Source of the DNA: Isurus oxyrinchus
Lineage: Eukaryota
NCBI GenBank assembly: GCA_026770705.1
Contig: JANJGN010000323.1
Location: forward strand, 434,001 to 498,000
Length of the DNA: 64,000 nucleotides
Direction of reading: 5' to 3'
The position numbers were made by a program, and so were the translations under genes. The notes under the pieces are model-generated. The model searched no databases. It saw only the letters and a program-made list of their open reading frames with translations, and was not told the DNA's origin. Every line of letters begins with the position of its first letter. The first letter of the stretch is position 1. Shown piece by piece: positions 52,359 to 63,412 of this stretch.

Positions 52359-52607
52359 GGTAAACAGAACGTGCTGATTACTGAGCCCCGGAACACAACC
52401 AGAGACACAACTAGCGAGGGGGAGACCCCAGCTCCCCGGGGTCTCTCTGAAGGTCCAGTGGGAGGTGGTGCTGGACATGGGAACCCTGACAATCCCAACG
52501 ACCTTCTCTACGCCAATCCCCAAGTCTTCAGGGTGCGCAGTGGTGATGGGACTGTCCACAAGGAAGAGGAGACGGAATACGCACAGATCAGATTCAAGCG
52601 AAACTGA
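52359..52607 (+). CDS. Gene C terminal cytoplasmic exon with degenerate ITIM (LLYANP) and ITSM-type motif (TEYAQI)
   Basis: CTGTAG acceptor, phase 0, TGA stop. Two-tyrosine layout typical of CD33-related Siglec tails. Confidence 0.85.
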   Translation, partial: GKQNVLITEPRNTTRDTTSEGETPAPRGLSEGPVGGGAGHGNPDNPNDLLYANPQVFRVRSGDGTVHKEEETEYAQIRFKRN

Positions 52608-54329
52608 GTGTGAAACGGAGAGAGGGGGTGAGGAGGTTTGTGGGTGGAGGCAGGGATTGTGATTCCTTGGAACATGAGACAACCCACTGGGGGAGAGGGG
52701 GAGAGAGGGAGGAAGGGACTGAATGGGTCTGTGGTTGGTGAGGTTTGGAATGAAATGTTTCCCCAGAGACGACTTGATGCTGAGTCATTGGGGACAGAGA
52801 TTCAGTGTCTCTCTCTCTCCCAGTCTGTCTCTCTATCTCTCTCTCCTTCTCTGTCTGTCTCTCTCTGTCTCTCTCCCTCTGCATCTCTGTCTATCTCTCT
52901 CCTCCTTTAACATAGTCCTTATTAACTGGTTTTGTTAACTCAGCTTTTTGTCACCTGTCCCTTATATCTCATTATTTGTCTCAGAGATGGATTTATATGT
53001 GGTTAACAATCCCCTGAAGAGCTTTGGGACAGTGTGCTACTTTAAGTGTGATATATAAATGCAAGTTGTTGTAGTAACGTTGATCTGCCTCGATTCAGAA
53101 TGGAAACACGGAGAATCCTTCGACAGGGCGTGTGTGCAACAGGCTCGCAATAAATGCATTGCACGGCAACAACTAAGCATGTCCTTTGATGCTGATGCAT
53201 CCCAGTCCTGCTGTGTGGACACATCACAACCGAGGGACTGCCTGACTGCGTGCAGCTAACATGGCAGAGTAGTAATTAGCAGAAATGTGACGTCACTGAA
53301 CTTTGTTAACATTTCAGAATGTGCTTTCTGAATTCTGCAACTTGTTTATTCTGTGATAGATTAAAAGAAGCTTTTGCATTTTCTATAATATTACATTTAT
53401 TGTCACAAGGGATTGAAATGCCCAGACAACACTGTACAGATATATTTTTATTAAACAGCTTACTCTGGGACAACCCCCCTGCTCCAATCTGTTAATTCAT
53501 GTCATTGCATTTCCCCACCAAATTATGTAAATTCATGTGTCCACATTTATCATGAAAATTTCCCATGTAAACATGTCACACTGTACTTACACTCTCTTGC
53601 CAGTGGTGGTGCTGTAAGCACACCAGATACTTTCTCAGCGATTGCAGGACATCTCCGAGTTGTCTTTACAATATTATTAAGATACAGGGAATGGGGACAA
53701 TCTTCACACTGTGGTTACGATGTTGTTAAGACAGATAGCTGGTGAAACCTCCTCCCCCCACTCCCGAGGCAGAATCTGTTCTGGCTGTGAGACCCCCACA
53801 CTTATCCCATGCCCCCTGTTCATTTCTCCATCCCTGCTCAAACTTAGCGCTTTTGGACATGAAGGGCGGGGCCCACAGGAAAGTGTGGAAGGGCTGCCCA
53901 TCGCAGCTGGAACAAGGATCCTGGCAGGTCTCCCAGGACAGAATGGCGGAGTGGGGGAGGGGGAGCAGTGGGGTCAATATCCACACCCTCCAGGAGGGCA
54001 GCATCATTCATCAGGGAAACGCAGGGCCGAATGCCCCTCCACCCGGAACGCTGTCCACCATGATTTCAACGTCCTTCACCGGAAGCCTTTTGAAGGTTGC
54101 CGTGGCCAGATTTCAATCGGCCGCTTGGTCACCATTGGTCCAAGCAGTCACTAAGCACCCACCTCTGCCCGCCCCTTTGCACTCATTCTGCAGCCACATC
54201 TTATGCGGGCAGGCCTTAATTAGCCCGGCCGCGTAAAATCGCAGCGCGGAGCTGATCGCGGGCAATAGTCGGATTCCTCACCGCCCCCAGCCCTGTGCAC
54301 CCCTGCCGAGGGCAAAAATCTGACCTGAA

Positions 54330-56340
54330 GGATCCCAGCAGAATAATAAAGAGGCAGAAATGATAATATGAGAGTAAACTAGCAAGAACCATAAACAATG
54401 ACAGTGAGATGTTGTACATTAAAATAAGAGAGAAGCTACAGTAATAATGGGACATATAGAAAATCAGACTGGGGAATTAATAATGGGAAACAAGGAAATG
54501 ACAGAGACTTTCAACAAGAATTTTGTGTCTGTCTTCACAGTAAAAATCTCTAAAACCATCCCAATAGCAGGAGAAAGTCACGGTGCAACAAGGAGGGAGG
54601 AACATAAAACAATCACTATCACCAGAGAAAAAGTATTAAGAAAACTAATGAGACAAATGCTGACAAGTCCCATGGAGCAGACGGCCTGAATGTGAGGGTC
54701 TGAAAGGAAATGGCTGCAGAGACAGTGGATGCATTGGTTGTAATCTTCCAGAATTCCTTAGATTATGGGAAGGTCCCAGCGGATTGGAAAAACATAAATG
54801 AAACATTTCTGTTCAATAAAGGGAGGATGCAGAAAGCAAGAAACTACAGGTCAGTTAGTCTAATATCTGTCATTGGGAAAATACCAGAATTCATTATGAA
54901 GGAGGGAGCAGCAGGACATTTAGAAAACCATAATTCAATCAGACAGAGTCAACATGGGTTTGTGAAAGGGATATCATGTTTGAAAAAATAATTAGATTTC
55001 CTCGAGGATGTAACAAGTGGATTGGATAAAGGGGAACCTGTAGATGTGGTGTATTAGGGACTATGACACAGCCAAGGATAAAGGCCGAGTTGTTCAAATC
55101 CCAGAGGGAAAATTGAAATAACTGTCATAACCTAATTTTGCTATTTGTAATTTCGAGATGAAGACTTTGAATTCAGTAGGAATAAGACCACGGAGGCTTG
55201 TGGGTTTTTTTATATAAAACTAAATAAACCATTTATTAATTTAACAACAAAATTAACACATACACATTGGCTACAAATAACTATTATAATAACATTTTAA
55301 CAAATCCCCCAATTAATCAACCCCACGTAAACCTCTACTAAGGCAACAATGAACCATTGACATAATATAGACACCAGGCAAAGCACATTTGACGTTACGA
55401 ATTCCGAATGAGGTTCCTTTGCAAGTTGGTTGGAGGCTGCAGGCTGGTTAGGTCTGAAATGCTCCTGCCTCACACACACAAACTCCTTCCTTTATATAGC
55501 TAGCTTTCCCTTTGAATGTAAATTTTCCATTGTATCACTCGGACTTCTGAAGTCCAGCTCTTCGAACAATAAAACCCCCTTTCATAGCACCAATTTCATT
55601 AGTAAGTTCAAGAAAAAACACATCTTTTGGCTCCTTCTAACTAGGTGCAAGATTTTACCCCCAGTCTGGAATGGTTTATTCAACAATTGCAAATGAACAA
55701 TTTACTGTTCTCCTCACAATTCACCCAATTAACATCTCAAAACTACTAAACATCAAAGCACACAGACCAGCTGGCTTTAATCCAATTAAGACACACACAG
55801 ACACACACCTATACATGGACCACCACTAGAATTCTATTTGAAAATATAATTTCCAAGCACATTTTACACACAAATATCTCTTCATGACACTGGATTTCCA
55901 AAAGGCATTCGATAAGTTGCCACATCAAAGGATACTGCACAGGGTGAAATTGGATGGTGTTGGGGGGGATATATTAATATGGATAGAGGACTGGCTAACT
56001 GACAGGAAACAGAGAGCCAGGATAAATGGGTGATTTTCAGCTTGGTAAACTGTAACTAGTGGAGAGCCACAGGGATCAGTGCTGAGGCCTCAACTATTCA
56101 CAATCTACATTAGTGACTTGGATGAAGGGACTGACTGTACTGTAGGCAGATTTTCTGACTGTGCGGTGAAGATAGGTAGGAAATATATAAGCTGAGCAGG
56201 AAAGCAAATTATGAGGAGGACACAAAGAGGCTGCAGAGGGAGATAAATAGTTTCAGTGAGGGGATAAAAAAATGAGTGGATGGAATATAAGGAATATAAG
56301 GGTGTCCAGCTGATCTTACTTGTTCTGTTCTTATATTCTT
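54330..56340 (+). mobile_element. CR1 LINE ORF2 fragment with nested insertion
   Basis: KVPADWK..NYRSVSL..QHGFVKG, then VDVVY, the insertion, and LDFQKAFDK. Confidence 0.85.
55058..55889. mobile_element. LTR-like non-coding insertion; relatives begin at about 51262 and 11681
   Basis: Shared 5' sequence (ATGACA..AAATCCCAGAGG..AACTGTCATAACC), ends CATGACA, and splits the CR1 RT motif. Confidence 0.55.
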
Positions 56341-56397
56341 ATACAGACACAAGGTTTACTGACAGTGCACAGCAAAGTGCTGTTCTCTCACTTTGTT

Positions 56398-56422
56398 CCA
56401 ACTTCCTCATTTTGACTCACTG
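56398..56422 (+). promoter_or_regulatory. PU.1/ETS-like (ACTTCCTCATT) plus AP-1 (TGACTCA) sites upstream of gene D exon 1
   Basis: Motif match only. ACTTCCTCATT recurs at the same position upstream of the modules at about 30884 and (minus strand) about 4279. Confidence 0.4.
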
Positions 56423-56455
56423 AGACACATCAACCCTTTCTAATTAAACACACAG

Positions 56456-56540
56456 AGGGAGCAGCACAGGAAGAGGTCATTCAGCCCAAGCAGAGCGTGT
56501 GGGCAGATCCTCCCCAGGCGAGCAGTCGGACAGGTCCTGG
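56456..56540 (+). other. Gene D putative non-coding exon 1 (85-nt module)
   Basis: Same module and GTAAGT donor as 30939-31023. Confidence 0.6.
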
Positions 56541-56973
56541 GTAAGTAACGGAACGATTGGAATTCACTTCCACGACCAACACCGTCCTTTGCTGATGTTG
56601 TGACTTTATAAAGACAGATTCCAATGATTGATGCCTTTGAAAGATTTCTACTGATTATTGAGATCTGGGTGTGAGGCTCAAGTCTGTTGTACAGAACATC
56701 TTTCTAGCTCAAAGGACATGAGCTTGGGGACATCCTGAGGTGGTGAAAGCGGCTATAGAAATGCAAGACCTTCATTGTTTTTCTTTCTGAAAGCATTGTA
56801 ACTCTCTGCAGAGCACCTATCATCCCACAAAGAATCAAATTAGTCTGTGAAGATATTGTCTAAAAGCATTTCTGATCTCTCGAGAGCATTCAGACAAGAG
56901 GTGAAGTCTCATTAACTCCTTTCTCTTTCAGAACTTCAGAGTTAGAAGCTGAGGAAATATCTGAGAGTGGACC

Positions 56974-57013
56974 ATGATTCGGAAATCTTACTTCCTCCTG
57001 TCACTTCTCCAAG
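56974..57013 (+). CDS. Gene D signal peptide exon (MIRKSYFLLSLLQ)
   Basis: ACCATG start, CAAG|GTAATA donor, paralog of 31474-31513. Confidence 0.8.
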
Positions 57014-60000
57014 GTAATACCATCGTCAGCTCAGACAGATTTATGGTTAATAGTCTTTGTAAAAGAACATTCTTATTGAACTCTGATAGGGAACTGAATC
57101 AGCAGTGATCCAGTGTACAAACTCACACCAAGTCCCATTCACCCATCACCCCTGTGCTCACTGATATACACTGAATCCCTGTCTGACAGTAGAATTGGAG
57201 GACAGCAGAGGTCTTGCAGGGTTGTAGGGGCTGGAGGGGTTTGCAGGGATAGGCAGGTTTGTAGCAGCTAGAGCAGAATCTTAAAATTCAGTTGCTGTCG
57301 GACGTTGGTCACTGAGCGATTGGGATTGATGGGTTGAGTAGAGAAGCAGGGATAAATACTGGTGGATGAAGCCTATCCTAATGTGAGGTCTCCTATAGCA
57401 ATGGCCTGAAATTTGTGTCCTTTCCTGCCTTTATTCAAAATTGCCCATGAAGACAACACAGCAGCTCCTAGAATAGACAGGCTGTTCAGTGTCACACTTC
57501 CTGTCCATTCTCACCTTGCTAGATACTTCAATAAGGGAGCAAGATAACTGAAAGAGAGAAGAAAGGTAAAGCTGTCTGTGTGTAAAACTGTCAAATATTC
57601 TGAGTTATCATGAGTGTCTCTGATCTGCTGCAGAGTTTAAATCTCACAGAATCTGAGCACTTTGCAGCTCAGAGAGAGACCATTGACTCACTGCCTGAAA
57701 GGGCGGTGGAAGCAGATTCAACAGGAACTTTCAGAAGGGGAACTGGATAAATACTTGAAGGGAAATTTGCAGGGCTGTGTGAAAGGTGCTGGAGAGGAAT
57801 TGGGAAAGAGCCAGCACATGCACGATGGGTCAAATGAGCTCCTCCTGTGTTGTATCATTCAACAATCAGACAATTTAAGACCCTTGTCAGCAAATCTTCA
57901 AAATCCTGCTGAATCACAGATGTTTCAGAAGGACAGGGAACAAGAGGTTTCTGGTATCAGCGTTTCATGTGGGGCCCAGTTCAGTTTGAACAAATAAACA
58001 ACGTCATCTTTGAAAGTCATGAACCCAACACAGCGGCACCTCCGACACATGCCGAGCTCAGGCTAGAGGCACTTTGTTAGTGTGTTTCACAGTGTCTGCT
58101 GGAGTAGGGTCAGTGCTGAGCTTGGGGACAAGTCAGTCTACAATGCTGCATCGGAATCAACAATACAACAATATGGGGTTTGGATCAGAAATAATCCCCT
58201 AGACAATGAGGATCCAAAGAGATTCTTCAGAAAATGAGGATCCAAAGAGATTCCTTAGACAATGAGGATCCAAAGAGATTCCTTTGGCAGTAAGAATCCA
58301 AAGAGATTTCTCATTCCATCGGTTGTCTAACTGGGGTCCATAATTTTCCAAGGGGTCCTTGGCAGAATCAAATTATCGAGCAATAGTGTGTAAAATACCG
58401 GAGAGAACGGGAAAGGTGGGATCAATGGAAAACTGTTCACTCTGTTTACACTAATGGGAGTTAGTCTCAGTAATGGAGACCATGAAACTATCATCGATTG
58501 TCATACACACCCATCTGGTTCACTAATGGCCTTTAGGGAAGGAAATCTGCCGTCTATATCTGGTCTGGCCTACATGTGACTCCAGACTCATAGCAACGTG
58601 GTTCCTCTGAAATGTCCGAGCAAACCATCCAGTTCTCACCATGCTAGAAACTTCAATAAGGGAGTAAGATAACTGAAAGAGAGAAGGAAGGCAAAGCTGC
58701 TCATGTGGATAGATGTCAAATATCCTGAGTGATCATGATTGTCTCTACTCTGCTACAGAGATTATGTCACGGGACATTAGAGATGGGCAGCAAATGCTGG
58801 CCTTGGCAGCGACGCCCACATCCCATGAATGAATACATTTACAAAATCTTATTACTTGGAAGGTGCAAGTGCAGGTTGTTATGATCCTTGAGCAGACCCT
58901 CTCAGCACTGACCCTACTCCAGCAGACCCTGTGAAACACACTAACAAAGCGCCTCTCGCCTGAGCTCTGCATGTGTCGGAGGTGCCGCTGTGGTGGGTTC
59001 ATGACTTTCAAAGATGGTGTTGTTTATTTGTTCAAACTGAACTGGGCCCCACACAAAACGCTGATACCAGAAACCTCTTGTTCCCTGTCCTTCTGAAATA
59101 TCCGTGACTTCAGCAGGATTCTGAAGAGTTGCTGATGGAGGAACAGAAACCCAATTTTTTTTGATAATTTACAGTTAGGAACCAATAATATTTTGTTTCA
59201 AGTAGACGAGGTTTGAGATTTAAGACGCTTGCAAAGAGAATAAAGCTACAAGATTCCATGGCTTTTAAACAAACAAAAATAAACTTTACCAGCTCAGAAA
59301 GATAAAATAATTCACAATATCCACCTTATACCCTAACATTCTGGATTAATATGAGCTCATGTGAATTAACAGGCAAACTGTGGTCTCACAGCCACATTAC
59401 TCATTAAATTGTAAACGCAACCAAGATAGAGCCCATGGATTTCACAACAACCCACCCGGACATCAGTGAACACTGTCAGTCAACCAATCTCACTGAAACT
59501 CTGTTTCTCTCATGAGGGATTCCAATCTTCAACTTCGAAGATCTTGCCTTGGAATTCTCTCCAAAAGTCGCTTCAACTCGGATGGCCTCAGTGACGTTCC
59601 ACCTCACAGGGTTTCCATCTCTTCTCCTGAGGCTCCATTGCCCTGGATTCCCGACTATATACTCAAGCACCACTAGGTTTAGATGAAAGGTTTTGATTGA
59701 CTGGGTAGAGAGAGAATGTTGCCTCTTGTGGGCAGGAGAATAACTAGAGGCCGAGTGATTGGTGATTCCTTAAACATTGAAGAGGGAATGAACACCAATC
59801 AGATTGAATCAGATTAGCCAATCAGCTGTGTTGAAGAGCAGACAGGAATGTTAGGCTAATTAGTGATTCATGACGGTGATAATGGGGGGAGTTCTGAGTG
59901 CTCCTAATCCATTGTCCTGTCTTGTAAATCAGCACTGAATGGATCTCAATTGGTGCGTCTTGTAGACACTGTGTTGGGTGGAAGACTGGCTTCACTAAGG

Positions 60001-60492
60001 GGAAGCGGTAGCAGAGAGGTATTGTCACAGGGCTAGTATTCCAGAGGCCCAGGGTGATGCTCTGGGGCCCTGGGTGTGAATCCCATCACAGCAGGTGAAT
60101 GGGATTAAAAAGCCTGGTTCACTGATCACCTATAGGGAAGGAAATCTGCCACCCTTACCCAGTCTGGCCTACATGTCACTTCAAACCCACAGCAATGTGG
60201 TTGACTCTTAAATACCTCTGATGGACATGGGATGGGCAATAAGTCCCATGAATGAATAATTTGAAAAAATTCTAAACAGAGTCCTGAGGAGCATGAGCCA
60301 ATGTAGAATGAACTTGTCCACTCCTGCATCCAGGATTCTCTTCCATCCATTGTGAAACCTTGAGGAGTTCCTTGTGTGTCCTGTAGATGGTCCACACTGC
60401 AGCCAATGTGCCCCAGTGATGGAGGGGGTGGATATCAAGTCTAGTGGATCGAAAAAACATCCAGAATTAAGTATTGATTTTTCTCTCCACAG

Positions 60493-60858
60493 TTGGACTG
60501 TCACAAGAGTGGAAAGGTGACACTCCACGAGAGGTGACAGCGCAGGAAGGTTCGTGTGTACAGATTCCATGTCATTACAGTTATCCATCACATTTGGAAA
60601 AGCAACCACGAGTTGCAATCTGGTTTAATAATGAGGAATGGAGAACATCGTCTATAGCCTTTCACTCCAAGGATCACAGTCACGAGTTACCACGGTTCCA
60701 CCATCGGACCCGGCTGTCTGGAGACCTGAAAGATGGTGACTGTTCCCTGATTATAAACAACATCAGACGGGAAGATGCAGGACCTTATTTTTTCAGAATA
60801 GAATTTGACAGCAGAAATAAATACAGCTACTATCCTGTAACCCAGCTTCACGTTTCTG
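60493..60858 (+). CDS. Gene D Siglec-type V-set exon
   Basis: 366 nt, open, phase 1-1. EGSCVQIPC, GDCSL and YFFRIEFDSRNKYSY (Arg plus G-strand aromatic residue). Confidence 0.88.
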
Positions 60859-61716
60859 GTAAGTGCTGTGTTATAATTACTCAACAATTCACTTTCAACA
60901 CTCAATGGGAAATAACACAAACTGTGACGTTTACATATTAACACAAAACACAGCTTATTATAACACACTGTCTGATTCTCAATAACCTGGTGATAGCTTC
61001 CAGTTCAGTTCTAAAGCAACCTCTAATACTCACTTTAATATCAATGATGAAAAGCATTAACTGTATTATCAGGTTACCACACCCATCAATCTCTCCTGTC
61101 CTGTTTAAAAGTCTGACGTATTAATAAAAGAAAGATGTGCATTTCTGCAGCGCAATTTACCACCTCAGGAGGATCCAAATCCCTTCACAGCCAATGAAAT
61201 TATTCCTGAATTGTAGTCACAGATGTAAAACACAGCAGGCAGTTTGTGCACAGCAAGATCCAACAAACCACAAGGTGATAAATCACCCAGATCACTGAGG
61301 AAATGAGAAGCCAGTGAACTCAAACCTCTGGTCTGATGAAGAGTCATACGAACTCGAAACGTTAACTCTGGCTTCCTCTCCACTGATACTGTCAGACCTG
61401 CTGAGTCTTTCCAGCAATTTTTGTTTTTGTTTCAGATTTCCAGCATCCGCAGTATTCTGCTTTTAACTCCAATCTCTGGTCTGAGCCTCTTCTCTCATCC
61501 AGTGTTCTCAATTCACATGTCTCGGAGTGAACGTGTATTAAGCTGAGAGACAGAAACACTACTGCCAAAGAGCAAGAAAATCTTTCCTGATCATTGTAAC
61601 CTCTCAGTTCTGATATCATCCTTGTAAAAGTGCTTTCTCTTGTGGGACTGTGATTTCTATTTGAACTGATGCTTCACGTTATATTTCTCTAAAAGGATCC
61701 ATTCTCTGTCTGTTAG

Positions 61717-62013
61717 ATTTCACAGATAAACCCACGATATTCCCTGCTGAAATTATTGCAGGAAAGCGTGTGGATGTAAGCTGCACCTTCAACACAACGT
61801 GCAATGGAACAGCAGCACCTGTCTTAACCTGGGACACTCCCACTGACGTACCTGGATCAGTCTCAAAGACTGTAACTCAGCATGGTGTCACTCTGACCTA
61901 TACTTCTGTTCTGACCCTGATCCCATCACTCAAACACCACGGACACACTCTCAGCTGCAGAGTGAGATATCCATCTGTTTCATCGGAGCGGACCCTCATA
62001 CTAACTGTGCAAG
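61717..62013 (+). CDS. Gene D first C2-set exon
   Basis: 297 nt, open, AG/GT, near-identical to 41485-41781. Confidence 0.88.
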
Positions 62014-62232
62014 GTAAGAATGGACACCCTTCATTCTACATTAGCTAGAAAGCTCTACATAGTACATTGCAAGATCCCACAACTGCATTGTATTTAGCAA
62101 CAAATCAATAGTCTTTAACTGATACAAATTCACCTCTGACACTGCAGCAGTCCCTGAATACTGATTCTCCAACACTGCAGCACTCCCTCAGTACTGAGTC
62201 TTGTTCACAATGAAATCTTTAATTGTTCTTAG

Positions 62233-62325
62233 ATGCACCACAGAATCTCTCATTTACTTCGCTTGATATGATTAATGCTTCATCGATCAATATAATTGAG
62301 GGGTTCATAACCATCACTGTGGAAT
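62233..62325 (+). pseudogene. Internally deleted D3-type exon (93 nt, in frame); pseudo-exon or mini-exon of gene D
   Basis: Start and end of the 282-nt exon are joined at GAGGGG, with 189 nt missing. Donor is GTGACT. Confidence 0.7.
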
Positions 62326-62351
62326 GTGACTTAATGCAAACTTCAACATCA

Positions 62352-62353
<2 letters not shown>

Positions 62354-62434
<81 letters not shown>
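62354..62434. repeat. (CA)n microsatellite; also 63348-63408 and CA/CT-rich tracts at 8976-9530, 12018-12212 and 45390-45518
   Basis: Direct observation. Confidence 0.95.
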
Positions 62435-62437
<3 letters not shown>

Positions 62438-63037
62438 CAGAAACATACACAATCTCAACTCACACAAGCACACACACACACATGCATAGACAGACACACG
62501 TGCGCACACACACACAAACACACATGAGTGCGTGCACACACACAGATCCTTATTTTACAGAAACATACACACACAAGCCAACACACACATACACACACAA
62601 AAACATGTGGGTTCCTTCTCCTCTCCCAGTGCTGCACTGGAGTCTCAGTATCAGCTCCGAATCTGTGTTGAAGGAAGGTAAACTCCAGATCATCAAGACA
62701 CTGAACTGCATGGAGCAACCTCCTGAACAGTGAATTGTAGATTTACCCCTCAGTGCTCCATTGATCAAATACAATTCATTGCCTTTGAAGCCCTTGCGGA
62801 CATCCTGAGGATCTGAAAGGGAGTTTCCTGCATTCTAGATGGACACCTGCACTGGTGGGAGAATGTAACTGCAGTGTGACAGTTTACATAGGCAGTGCCC
62901 ATTGTAAATGTGAAATAAGTTCTTATCCTGAGGGAATGTACCTGGAAATGCATTCAGACATCAGATACAGAGACATGATGCATGGAGTCTTGCTGTGCAC
63001 TATATTTGCTCATATTAAAATCTTTCTATGTTTATAG

Positions 63038-63319
63038 ATGCACCACGGAATCTCTCAATTACTTCTCTTGGTGTGATTAACGCTTTATCGATTGATGTAA
63101 TTGAGGGGAATTCTGCAGTGATAATCTGCTCTGTCGAGAGCTTCCCAGCTTCTAACCTGACGTGGCGACATCTTAATGTCCCAATGAACAGAACAAGTTC
63201 CAACAATGAGCTGTGGTTGGTGATTCCTCACGTTACATCCAGGGACACTGGAGACTATGAGTGTGTGGCAGAGAATGAACATGGAGCAGTGGAGGGGTTC
63301 ATAACCATCACTGTGGAAC
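63038..63319 (+). CDS. Gene D D3-type C2-set exon; gene continues beyond the window
   Basis: TTATAG acceptor, C|GTGAGT donor, 282 nt, open. Confidence 0.87.
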
Positions 63320-63345
63320 GTGAGTTACTGCAAACTTCAACATCA

Positions 63346-63412
<67 letters not shown>

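Noticed and set aside
31474-52607. Assigning the symbol MAG, CD22 or CD33
   Set aside because: Architecture is mixed and multicopy; orthology needs a phylogeny.
53690-54320. GC-rich stretch with 147-164 aa ORFs
   Set aside because: No recognisable domain or convincing splice context; probably an unclassified transposon remnant.
21799-60858. Rearranging Ig/TCR/IgNAR V segments
   Set aside because: Each V exon includes its own G strand and ends in a GT donor. No RSS heptamer/nonamer was seen at the 3' ends, and the Cys pattern is Siglec-type (F-strand Arg, no F-strand Cys).
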